DNA from: Naegleria gruberi
Lineage: Eukaryota
Assembly: GCA_000004985.1 (NCBI GenBank)
Contig: GG738856.1
Strand: one strand, 5' to 3'
DNA length: 64,000 bases
The notes beneath the pieces were generated by a model. It did no database searches. It was not told the origin of the DNA and saw only the letters and a program-made list of their open reading frames with translations. Position numbers and translations under genes: made by a program. Shown in pieces: positions 11,370 through 24,200 of the stretch. Positions within the stretch are counted from its first letter, which is position 1, and each line of letters opens with the position of its first letter.

Positions 11370-12248
11370 ATTAAAAGTGGTTCCAATTAATTTAAATGCA
11401 TTAGTAGAGGATTTGTAACGATATTTTTCGATCCTTCTTGACTGTTACTATTAAGTATGTGAAACAGAAAGTTATTCAACAGCAAGTCAATGAACAAAGA
11501 CAATTTGAAGATAATAACATGTTTATTGGTAATTTCTCATTATTAAATTCCTCTGTTTACCATTGTTGTCAAATTTAATGTATCCGAGGTTGTTGCACCG
11601 TTTGCTCACTCAAAGATTACTTTCAGTGCAAACCTGATTAATTAATTTCAAGATTACTTTCTATCACAGTATCATAGCCACATAACAAAAACATCAATGT
11701 CCTCCAATGAACATTGATAAGATATTATTAATAATACCTCACAGAAAGATGCACACTTCAAGCGCAACACATTTTTGTTGAAGGTGAAAAAGACCAAGAG
11801 AAGATTCGAAAGAGAGAAAAAATAAATCACAGAGAGCCTGGATTTTGCTTCAACCTCTTAACTGAAGAATTATAACAATATTTGAAAGAGACAAAAAAAT
11901 GTTGAAACAATCATCCCTCTCAGCACCGAACCAAGAAAAGACTGCTTTTTCATATAGTCATATCTTGGTTGTGCTCGCTAAAGAATTTCCTTCACTTGAG
12001 AAGGAAGTTACAACATTTCAAAAAAAGGTTTGTTTTTAATGGACAAAGTACATGATGGATAACAAAATGATATTATTGAAAAACAATCATCCGATTATTA
12101 AAATTAGATATCTAACTCTTCCGATACTGACCAATATATTATAAAGGGTATTCAAACATATTTAATATCTTTATTTATTAAACAAGAATATACATACACT
12201 ATTGCTAGAATTTGTAAACCTATTTTACCACTTCTAGTTGCACAAGTA

Positions 12249-15200
12249 ATGGATAAACTGAACAATAACAACAATACAACGGATAGTAATTATGATACTA
12301 TTAATGCCATTACTAAAATTTTACCTTTATATCCTCAATTCAAAACATTCATCAAACAATATTTTAAGGATAGACCATCACTCATAGAATCTATTGTTAA
12401 TAACCATCAAGAAGACAAAATTGATCAAAAACAACTCATAACATTGTTGGAAATTACTTTACGATTATTAATTTTTGCACCATCTGATTTTTGTAAAATG
12501 TGGAATTGGTCACCATTCTTCTCGCTTTTAAAACACAAAAATAAGGATATCAAATCACTAACATCAAAATGTGTTTCAATTATATTGAAATTAGATGACC
12601 AATTTTTCAATTCAAAGATTGATAATTTAAAGACATATGTTTTGGAAGAAATTGAAAGTGAAGAATTAGTCCATTTGGAAAATACTCTTTCTTTCTATGA
12701 TGATACAGAGACTTCAAATATGGAAACAACAACAGAAGAAACAAGAGATAAACTCATCATTTCACACAAATCTGATTCTATGGTAAATGTTTGTGGTGTT
12801 TGGTTACACAAAAATCTTCGTGAAATTAAATCTTCCCAACAAAATATTTCAGCTGATAAGACTAAATTGATTTTCACAAAGACATCACTCGAAAATATGC
12901 GTTCATTGGCATTGGGAGTTGCACAAGAAAATCCTATTATTTTGGAAGGTATTATTGGTTCTGGTAAGACAGCCTACGTAGAAGAATTAGCAAGAATTAC
13001 AGGAAACACAGATCTTATCAAAGTCAATTTGGATGAATCTTTTGATAGTAAGGATTTATTAGGTACATATGTTTGTACTGATGTTCCAGGTGAATTCAGA
13101 TGGCAACCAGGTGCATTGACAAAGGCTGTCATGGAAGGAAGATGGATTCTTATTGAAGATCTTGATTTGGCTCCATTTGATATCATTTCATCGATTATTC
13201 CACTCGTAGAGTCAGGTAATCTTTTCCTTCCATCTAGAGATGAAATTATTCCAGCTTCAACTGGTTTCCAATTGTTTGCAACTCAAAGTCTTGTAGAATC
13301 ACTCAATGGAACAACAACAAGACAACGAGTTCTTCCAATGTCTAACTTGTGGACTAAGGTTAGGGTAAACAAATTACCATCTAAGGAGATTGAACATATT
13401 CTGAAAGTTAAATTCGAATCAATTCAACAATTAATTCCAAAGTTTATTGAAACATATGACGCTTTGAGAAGTGGTCATATTTCGGATGATTCTGAAAAAT
13501 CCGAGAAACAATCATCTGAATCAACACAGTTAAAGAGCTTTGGAAGACTTTTCTCATTCAGAGATTTACTCAAATGGTGCGAGAGAGTTCAACGATTTTA
13601 TGGACAAAAGATTCAAAAGAATCAAAACTATGTTTTAAGTCAAATTAAGAGAGACATTTTCCATGAAGCTATTGATGTATTTTGTGGTATGATTGCCAAA
13701 CATGACATTTATGATTCTGTTGTTGGAACACTTGCTCTTGTGTGGGAAATTTATAATTATGAAGAATATTTAAAGACTTATAAACCACAATTACATGAAG
13801 AAAAGGGAGTGATAACAGTCGGTAGAATTTCCCTAGAAAGAGATGAGAAGAATCTTGGAGAACTTCTTAACAAAAATAGTAACTTTGCTCACACCAAGCA
13901 AAGTTTAAGAATGATGGAAAGAGTTGGTGCCTGTATAAAGATGAACGAACCAATTTTATTGAACGGTGAAACTGGTGTTGGTAAAACTACTGCTGTTCAA
14001 TATTTGGCCAACTTGATGGGTAAAAAACTCCTTGTACATAACTTGAATCAACAAACAGACTCTGCAGATTTTATTGGTGGTTATAAACCAGTTGATTTGA
14101 AAATACTTGCAGCTTCTGTAAAGAGCAATTTTGAACAATTATTTTCAGTTACTTTCCCTTCAAAGGAAAACGAAGTAACATTGAAAAAAGTCAGAGATTT
14201 ATACACAAAGAAGAGCTGGGCTCAATTCATCATGATGTTGAATAAGATAATTGATCTTGCTGATCAAAAACTTTCAAAAGTTGATGAAGTAGTTGATGAA
14301 AAGTTAGAAGAAGTAGATTCAAAGAAGAGAAAGAAGACTCAAGGTTCTTCTTCTGGAACAAAGAAGCAAAAGACTTCTGATAAGACATCAACACTCAAAC
14401 AATATTGGACTAAATTCAAAGAAAGTGTTGACAAATTTAATCAACAACAAATACTTGTACAAAATAGCTTTGCTTTCTCTTTCGTAGAAGGTACCTTGGT
14501 TAAGGCTCTTAAGGAAGGTCATTGGATCTTACTCGACGAAATTAACTTGGCCTCTACAGAAACACTTGAAAGATTGAGCTCTTTATTAGAAGGTGAAGAA
14601 GGAACCTTATTCATTACTGAAAAAGGTGATACTGAACCAATTAAGAGACATCCAAACTTTAGAATTTTTGCTTGTATGAATCCTCCAACTGATATTGGTA
14701 AAAAGAATTTGCCACCTGGTTTGAGAAATAGATTTTCCGAGTTTTATGTTCACGAATTAACTGACAAGGACGACTTGAAGATTGTTGTTTCTAGATATTT
14801 GTCAACTGTACCACATCCACCAGTTGATGATATTGTTAATTTTTATTTGGACGTAAAGAAAAAGTCAGAAGCTGAACTTTCTGATGGTGCTTCCCAAAGA
14901 CCTCATTACAGTTTACGTACCTTGACAAGAAGTTTGGACTATGCCGTTTTTGTTATGAAGGACTATGGTATGGAAAGATCTCTCTATGAAGGTTTCTCTA
15001 TGGGTTTCTTAACCTTATTGAGTTCTGCTTGTTCATCCACAGTTGAAAAGATGATTAGAACTTGTTTCTTCAAACAAAAGAATGTTGATAATTCTCTTAA
15101 GCAAGCTCCAAGTCAACCAGCTAGTGGTGATTTTGTTTTGTTTAAACACTTTTGGTTGCCACAAGGTCAATTCGCACCAGAGCAACCAGCTGATTTTATT

Positions 15201-18200
15201 ATTACTGATACAGTAGAAGAAAACTTGAAGAATCTTGCTAGAGCTATCAAGACTAACAAGTACCCTGTATTACTTCAAGGTCCAACTTCTGCTGGTAAGA
15301 CTAGTATGGTTCAATATCTTGCTAAAATGACTGGTCACAAATTTGTAAGAATTAACAATCACGAAAGTACTGATCTTCAAGAATATTTTGGTTCTTATAT
15401 TACCAACTCTCAAGGAAAACTTGTCTTCCAAGAAGGTATCCTTGTTGAAGCTGTTAGAAATGGATATTGGTTAGTTTTGGACGAATTGAACTTGGCTCCA
15501 TCTGATATTTTAGAAGCTCTTAACAGATTGCTTGACGATAATAGAGAATTGTTCATCCCAGAAACTCAAGAAACTGTCAAACCACATCCACATTTCCAAC
15601 TCTTTGCCACTCAAAACCCTCCAGGTCTTTATGGTGGTAGAAAGGTTTTATCTCGTGCTTTCAGAAACAGATTTTTGGAACTTCACATTGATGAAATTCC
15701 AAGAGGTGAATTAGTGACTATTCTTCACAGAAGATGTCAAATTTCTAACCAACATGCTGAAAAGCTTGTTTCTGTTATGAGAGAACTTCAACAAAGAAGA
15801 CAAAGTAGTAAGATTTTTGCTGGTAAGAGTAATATTACACCAAGAGATTTGTTCAGATGGGCTGAACGTATGAAGGGTGCTGATGAAAAGATTAACTATA
15901 ACCAAAATGCTGCTGAAGAAGGTTTTATGCTTTTGGCAGAAAGACTTCGTAGAGATGAAGAAAAGGATATTGTTAAAGAAATTTTGGAAAAGGTTTTCAA
16001 GACTAAACTTGATCTCGAAAGAATGTACAATCCAAAAGAGCTTGATAACTTACAAGTTGCTGGTAGTACTATTGTTTGGACAAAGACAATGAAGAGAATG
16101 TACGTCCTTGTTGGTAAATGTCTTCAATTCAGTGAGCCTGCATTGCTTGTTGGTGATACTGGTACCGGTAAAACAACTGTTTGTCAAGTTTATGCTGATA
16201 TTTATGAACAACATTTGAGAATTCTCAATTGTCACCAACATACCGAAACAAGCGATATCTTGGGTTCTCTTCGTCCTGTAAGAGGTAGAGAAAAGTTAAA
16301 GATAGAATTAGAAGAATTAATAGAAGAATTTATTACCACAGCTAATACTAAATACTCACTCGATATTAATTTTGGTAACGAAACAAGTATTGGTAAGAAA
16401 GTCAAGAGATTGGAAGATATTTGCAAAAAGCTTGCTAAGGAAAGAAAATTAGCAGAACCTCAAAAGAAAAAGCAAAAGAATGAATTTAAGGAAAAGGAAC
16501 TATTGGAAAAACAATTGATTATAAGAGATATCTATCAAAAATGGAAGGCTCTTTTCACTTGGTATGATGGACCTCTTGTTCAATCAATGAAGAGTGGTGA
16601 AATTTTCCTTATTGACGAAATTTCTTTGGCTGAAGATGCTGTTCTTGAACGTTTGAACAGTGTATTGGAACCTTCAAGAGAATTAACTCTCCCAGAAAGA
16701 GGATCTGAAAAGATCGAAAGTATTGTTGCTCATGATAAGTTTAGAATTTTGGCAACAATGAACCCTGGAGGTGACTTTGGTAAGAGAGAACTTTCTCCTG
16801 CTTTGAGAAATCGTTTCACTGAAATTTATGTTCCAAGTTTGTCTGTTTCTGAAGACTTGGCTATTATTGTTGCAAGCAAATTAGATCAATCAATCAAGAG
16901 TTTTAATACTAGAATGGTTGAATTTGTTCAATTCTTCAAGTCTAAGAGAACTAAGAGATTGTTGAGTGTAAGAGATGTCATTTCATGGGTTCAGTTTATG
17001 AATATGGCTGTTGCTAAACTTGACATGGATGCATATGGTGCCTTTTTACACGGTGTTGACACAGTTATCTTGGAAAGTATTGGTGTAGGTACTGACTCTT
17101 CTGCCAAGAACAGATTATTGCTCAGAAAGGAATGCTTTACTTTCTTACTTGATAAGATTGCTCAAGAAAATGTTTTGAGCACTGAACAACTCGAATATTA
17201 TAGAGATGTTTTCCTCAATGAAAACTACACTGCCATTAGAAGTAACAAGACCAAAGAATCCTCAGAATACTTTGGATATCATCCATTCTATGTTAAATGT
17301 GGTGAAAGTAGTGAAAGAAAGATTGTTTATGCTTTGGATGCTCCAACTACTGGCAGAAATGTCATGAAGGTCCTCAGAGCTATGCAACTCAGAAAGCCAT
17401 TACTTCTCGAAGGTAGTCCTGGTGTAGGAAAAACATCTTTGATTTCTGCTATTGCTAAAGCATCTGGTCACAATATTGTTAGAATTAACTTGAGTGAACA
17501 AACAGATATGATGGACTTGTTAGGTACTGATTTGCCTGTTGAAGGAAGTTCTGGAGGTCAATTCAGATGGTGTGATGGTATCTTCTTGAGAGCTTTACGT
17601 AATGGTGATTGGGTTTTGTTGGATGAATTGAATCTTGCATCTCAATCAGTTCTTGAAGGTTTGAACTCTGTTTTGGATCACCGTGCTGAAATTTATATTC
17701 CTGAAATTAACGAAACTGTTAAATGCCCAGAAGGTTTCCGTATCTTTGCATGCCAAAATCCTTTACAACAAGGTGGTGGTAGAAAGGGTTTACCAAAGTC
17801 ATTCCTCAATCGTTTCACTCAAGTCTATGTTGATGAATTGAGACCAGAAGATTTGACTTTCATCCTTAATTCTATTCATGGTGATATTGGAGAAGAAAAC
17901 ATCAAGTTGATGATTGACTTTAACAGAAAAATGCACAAAGAAACCATGGAGCTCTATCGTTTTGGTAGAAAGGGAAGCCCTTGGGAATTCAACTTGAGAG
18001 ATGTTTTCAGATGGTGTGAATTATTGAAGAAGGAAAGAGAATTGAACAAGGACTGTACCAAACCAATTGATCCAATGAGAATGATCGATTGTATGTACAA
18101 GCAAAGAATGAGAACAGTAGAAGATCGTAAACATGTGGAAAGAGTTTACAAGGAATTGACTGGAAAGGATTTCCCTTGTGAAACTAATCCAACATATACC

Positions 18201-21200
18201 ATCACTCCTGGTGCTGTTCAAATTGGATCTTCTATTTTGTTAAAGAATAGTTCATTTGACGATTCTGATAAGGATAACCATGCCCCAAGTACATCATCAC
18301 AAGATTTGATCTTGTTGCAATCCTTCTTGAACCCACTCGAAAATATTATGAAATGTATTGAAATGAACTATTTGACTATTGTCAATGGTCCATCTGCTTG
18401 TGGTAAAACTTCTATTGTTAGATTGATTGCTCAAATGACAGGAAATATGTTAAGTGAATTCTCTATGAGTAGTTCCACTGATACTGTCGAACTTTTGGGT
18501 GGTTTTGAACAAGTAGATCCTATTCAAAAAGTTAGAAAGATTGCCAGTTTTATTAAGATTAAGATTGATGAACTCGCCAGAATTGCATTCTTAAATGATG
18601 AAAATCTTAGATTCGATGCTCTTAAGTTGTTGTATAACCAATGGACAACTTATGATGCAACTGCTAAGAAGGATGCTTCATTCTCTGGTATTGAACAATT
18701 GAAGAGTATGTGTGAAACTCTATTCGATAACTTGGAATATCAAAGTGATGAAAAGCAAGCTATTATTCAACAATTGGATAATTTAAGTAAGCTTTTGGAA
18801 ATGGGTGTTAAAGGAAGATTTGAATGGAACGATGGTGTTTTGATTCGTTCTTTGGAAGCTGGTAACTGGATTCTCATTGACAATGTTAACTTCTGTAATC
18901 CAACCGTCCTTGACAGATTGAATTCTCTCTTGGAACCTGAAGGTGTTTTGGTTGTGAATGAAAGAGGTTTGGTTGATGGAGAAATCCGTATTGTTAAACC
19001 ACATCCACACTTTAGAATTTTCATGGTTATGGATCCAAAATATGGTGAAATTTCTAGAGCTATGAGAAACAGAGGTATTGAAATCTCAATGTTCCCAATT
19101 ACTATTCCTTCACAAGATGCTTTTACTCTCTTGGCTAATAATGGTGTACCATCTGCACATTTGTGTAATGTTCTCATGGACTATCACGCTAAATTCACTC
19201 AAAAGATCTTTTTACCAGAAGAAGATCGTCCAACTATTCGTGACTTGTTGAGATGTGCTGAAGTATTCAACTCTGAAGTTAAGCAAGGTTTGAACATTAC
19301 AAATGCTTTCAAGGCTGCTATTTCTTGTGTTTACATTAGAAGTAGATGTTCTTCAAAGTCAGCTGTCGATATTGCTGAAAGTGAATTAGAGGAATGTGCC
19401 AAGCAATTACCAAGAAATGATCATGGATTCCCATCAACATTTGTTGCTGCTAATGCATTCAAGTGCGACAAATCTTTGTTCAGAACAGTTTTTAGACAAT
19501 CTGCCAGATTGTATGATATTATCAGAAATTATCTTAGTCTCAAAGTTGCTGAATCAAATGATCATAATGATAGCACAAAGAAACTTCTTGATTCACTTAA
19601 ATGGAAGATTCTTGTTACTGATTTACCACCTCATTTCTTGCAAACAAATGATGTAGAAAAAACTATCATTTCAGCTGATGTTATGGATACATCTTCAACA
19701 TCAAACTTGATTAATGATATGCAATATGCTTTGGAATACTTTATTGATGTTTCCTCATTCAAAGATATTGATATTAGAGTAATTTGGTTGCAAAGATTAC
19801 TTACTCTTTGTAAATCTGATAAGATTCTTGAAGAATTGTTAACAAAGGGTATTGAATTGTTGAATACGAGAAAGGGTTGTGAAGTTTCAAAGAAAATTCA
19901 AAAGATATTCAAGAATATGCAACAAACAGTCACTCAAAGATTCTCTGAGATTATTGCTTCTCAACCAATGAACTTGAAATATAGCGAGCAATTGTTTGCT
20001 AGACTCCAATATTTGGGATTGATTAACGAACAGGATAATTATGTTTTTGATGCTGCAACTATTTTAACATCTCAACAAAAACGTAAATACGAAGAACAAC
20101 AAAGTATTGCTGTTGAATTCCAAGGTACTATTGTTGAAAATAAGTCTTCATTGCTTCATCAATCATATTATTACCATCTCAATCCAAAACACAGAAGTAC
20201 AGCACCAAACAGAGTTGTTGTACATCTTTATACTTTATTTGTTCAAATTGATGAGCTTGTTGATGCCATTATGAATTCTAAAGTTGACGAATCTGTTTGT
20301 AGTTTGGATGATATTAGTGGCATGTTGAGATGTAGAGACAAGTTGTGGTTCTATTTATCTCATACTGCTGAGCTTTCTGAAGAGTTCTTTATTTATTGGA
20401 ACTGGTTAGCCAAAGAATTCTTAAAGGTTAAAGTCAAGAAGCCTGCCACTTCTGGAAAGAAGAAGAATATTTCTGAAACACCATATGGACTCTATGAACA
20501 ATTATGCACATTCATGGGTGAAATTGATGGTTTGGTTATTAGCAACTTTAACAGTGTTGGAAAGAAGAATACTTTATACAAGAATTGTGGTAAACCTACC
20601 ATTTCTCTTTCAGTTGAATTGAAGGAAATCGAAGATACTATTACTAATTATCTTTCAGTTAATACCTCTTCAAATACTGAATCTAAGGAATTGAAGCAGT
20701 TGGTTTATAATGCTATGAGTACTGTCAAGTTACTTCAACAAGAACCTAATCATCCAGACCAAGAAAAGCTTCTTCAATATGTTAGAACTGTTCCAGAGCT
20801 CTTAGAAAAGGCTAAACCAAAGGAGCAAGAAATTTCTGAAGACGTTTACACACCATACAAGGAATTGGCTACCAAGTCAGAACAAGAACTTGTTATGGAT
20901 AAGATCTTCCGTGATATTGCTGAATTTACTGCTCCTGACAAGAAGCACATCAATGCTGCTTCTTTGCACTCCACACAAGCAATTTCTCCATTGTTTGACT
21001 ATAAGAGTATGCATCATGAAATGAATGTAGTAACTTTGCTTTCAAAGATTGGCTACATTCTTAAACGTCTTGATGCTTCTTCAGATGTTAAGGAAATTAA
21101 GCGTTTATTGTCAACAGCTGTTGCAAAGGGAAGACATTTGATTGACTTTATCTTGCAAAACTGTTCTCGTGGTCCACTTGATCTCGTTCCATATCAATTA

Positions 21201-24200
21201 TTGTTATGGAGAATTTCTAACTTGGAAACAAACTCTGCTGATGAAATTAAGAAGATTGCCTTAGGCATTCCTTCATTGCTTCACTTTGTATGGATTTACT
21301 GGAATGAAAGAGTTTGGGAAAATACCTACAATACATCCATGTTTGAAAATTCTGATTCTACTGAAACTCCAGTTTCGAGAGATGATCTTGCTGGTCCAAA
21401 CAGATTATTCCAAGATGTTAACTCTGTGCACATTTTGAAATTGTTGAGTGGTTGGGAAAATATTCCTATTCGTTCAAGACATATCAAGATTGACCAACTT
21501 AAGAAGGTCGTACAATTCATTTGTACAAATGTTGATAATGTACAATCTGAAGAAGTAGATTGGAATAATCTTGTTTATTTGTATTGTGATACTTTGTTGA
21601 GTTTCAAGAAGAGCTTCCCAGAAGCATCTTTCCAACTCTTGTTAGATATTACTGATTCTTTGTGTGCAACTAAACAAGCTTCCGTCCAAGATCTTACTAA
21701 GATTATTGAATCATCAAATGATGGAAGATTGAAGGCTAAGAAAAATGATATCATTTCTGTTTGCAATCTCATTTGCACAAGAGATGAAGATAAGAATAAG
21801 GATTTGATGAATCGTGGTTTGGCTTGGTTAAAGTTGGGTGAAACTAGAATGAATTTGTTCATTCCAGCCAATTCTTTGGATCCAACTTTGAAGTATGCAA
21901 TTTATGATAAGCATCTCAAGGAAGATATTCAAGTTCTTCAAGGAAAACTTGAAATTATGACTTCTATTGAGCGTTTCATTAGCGGAAGTGGTAGAAATAT
22001 CATTTCTGACAAGATTGAAAAGGATATTACAAATATTCAATCAATTGTTGATAAGATAACTCCAAAGGTTATTAACAGACCAACTAATATTTCATTCATT
22101 GATATGTATCGTGAAATGAAGAGTTTGGCTGACCAACATGAAGTTATCAAGAACTTGTCTAATAGTTTGATAAAGTTCTTTGAAAGTGATAATGATGACA
22201 AGCAAGATATGGTTGCTGAACTTATCAATAAGGAAGAATCCTATCAAGCAAACAGCCACTCTCACATTAAATCAAAGATCTTGAAGAATTCGTTTGGTTT
22301 TGAAGATTTGGCATTGCCATTTGCTTCATCTGCTTATCATATCAAGTACGGTTTGAGATTATTATGTTATGGTTCACTTGCTAAGAAGGATGAGTCTGAA
22401 CAAAATACTGTCAATCAAATTTTGAACCATCTTCTCTCCTTCCCATCTTGTAACTCGGTTCAAACTATTGAAGATGATTTGGCTATCGTTCAACAATGGC
22501 TCAAGTCTATTGAAAACTCTGCCAATACACAATCCAAGTGTAAGCAATATGAAACAGCTACCAAGGTTTTGCGTGTCTTGATGTCCAGATGTTTGTTGAT
22601 TACAGTTTCTCAAACTTCCAGCCAAGACAATACAATCCATAACCTCCAATTATTGAACCAAGTTTTCGTAATGTACTCTAACTTGTTCGAATCTGTTGAA
22701 GATGAACTTGAAAAGAAGAAGGCTGAAGAAGACAACTTCTACAAGTACAAGGAAAGAAAGACAACAATCGAAACTGAAGAAGAAATTTTGGAAGAAGAAA
22801 TGGAAACCATGTTCCCAACTTATAGCGAAGATTATTCTCAATTCAATGCACCAACCGAGGAAAAGAATATTATGAATTTGTCAGAGAAGAAGGAATCCTT
22901 GATATCTGAAAAGTCACTCTTGGAAAGAGTTAACAAGGTTATTCATGATGAAAGAGAAATTGACTACTTGGTTCGTACTCACAAGGATATCTTCTCCTTC
23001 ATCTCTTCCTCTAGTCAACTTAGACCTGTTGATACTATTGACACTATTAGAAATAAGATGTTTGACGAATCCTTTAATGTAGCTGTTCATATCATTAACA
23101 CACTCAACGGAAAATACCAAATTGATATGACTTCTTCAGGATATCTTCCACTTGTTCTTTTCGGAAGTAGAGCATTGAATAATCTCTGGGTTAAGGTTGA
23201 TAATTCAAAGGAAGCTAAACTCAAGGCATACAGTGAAGTTTACACTGAACCAAATATTCCAGAAATTACTCTTGCTTTCAGCACTCTCTTCAGTATGCTT
23301 CAAAGATTGAACTTCTTGATCAAGAAGTACAGTACTGAAGAACAAAAGGGTCACCCAATCCTTGTAGAAATGGTCAAGATTATTGAACATATTCTCAATC
23401 AACCAATTACTAGTCCAATCATTAAGATTCTTACTGGTCTTGAATTAGTATTAATCAAAGCTGGTGAATGGGAAGAATATCTTACAGCTCATGTAAATTC
23501 TTTGAAGGATGAAATTAGAAAATTATCTGGTCTCATTATTAGATGGAGAAGAATGGAATTAGAAAACTGGAAGGGTATTTATGATTTGAAGAATAGAGAA
23601 TACAAGAACAAATCTATTAATTGGTGGTTCAGATTCTACAATATGATTTGTAATAGTAGTTTCAAGATGGAAGAACTCACCAAGATCATTGAAGACTTCT
23701 TTGGTATTTGTGATGACTTTATCAGAACATCAACCATTGGTGACTTTGAATATCGTCTTGGATTGTTGAATAACTTCTATCAACATTTAGCTGCAGAAAT
23801 TGAAAGAAAGTATTCTGATGATGTAGAAGTTAGAACTAAGATTAGAGATATTATTTTCAATTTGCACAAGTATTATTCTCAATTCTCCGGTAAGCTTGAA
23901 GAAAGACTTGACCAAGAAAAGCAACCTTTGGAAACTAAACTCAGAGACTTTATCACTCTCACTAAATGGGAAGATGTAAATATTGATGCCATCAGATTCA
24001 CAACTAAGAAGTCTAGAAGAGCCCTTGCTAAATTCTCTAAAGGTTTTGGTGAAGTTCTCGTCAAACCAGCTAGAGATTTGTGGGACAAGTATGATGAACT
24101 TGCTGCTGCTTCTGAAATTATCCAAGAATCTGAGAAGAAGCCTAAGAGAAAGAGCAAGAATAAGAAGATCAAGAAGAGAAAGAATAAGAAGTTTATTGCT

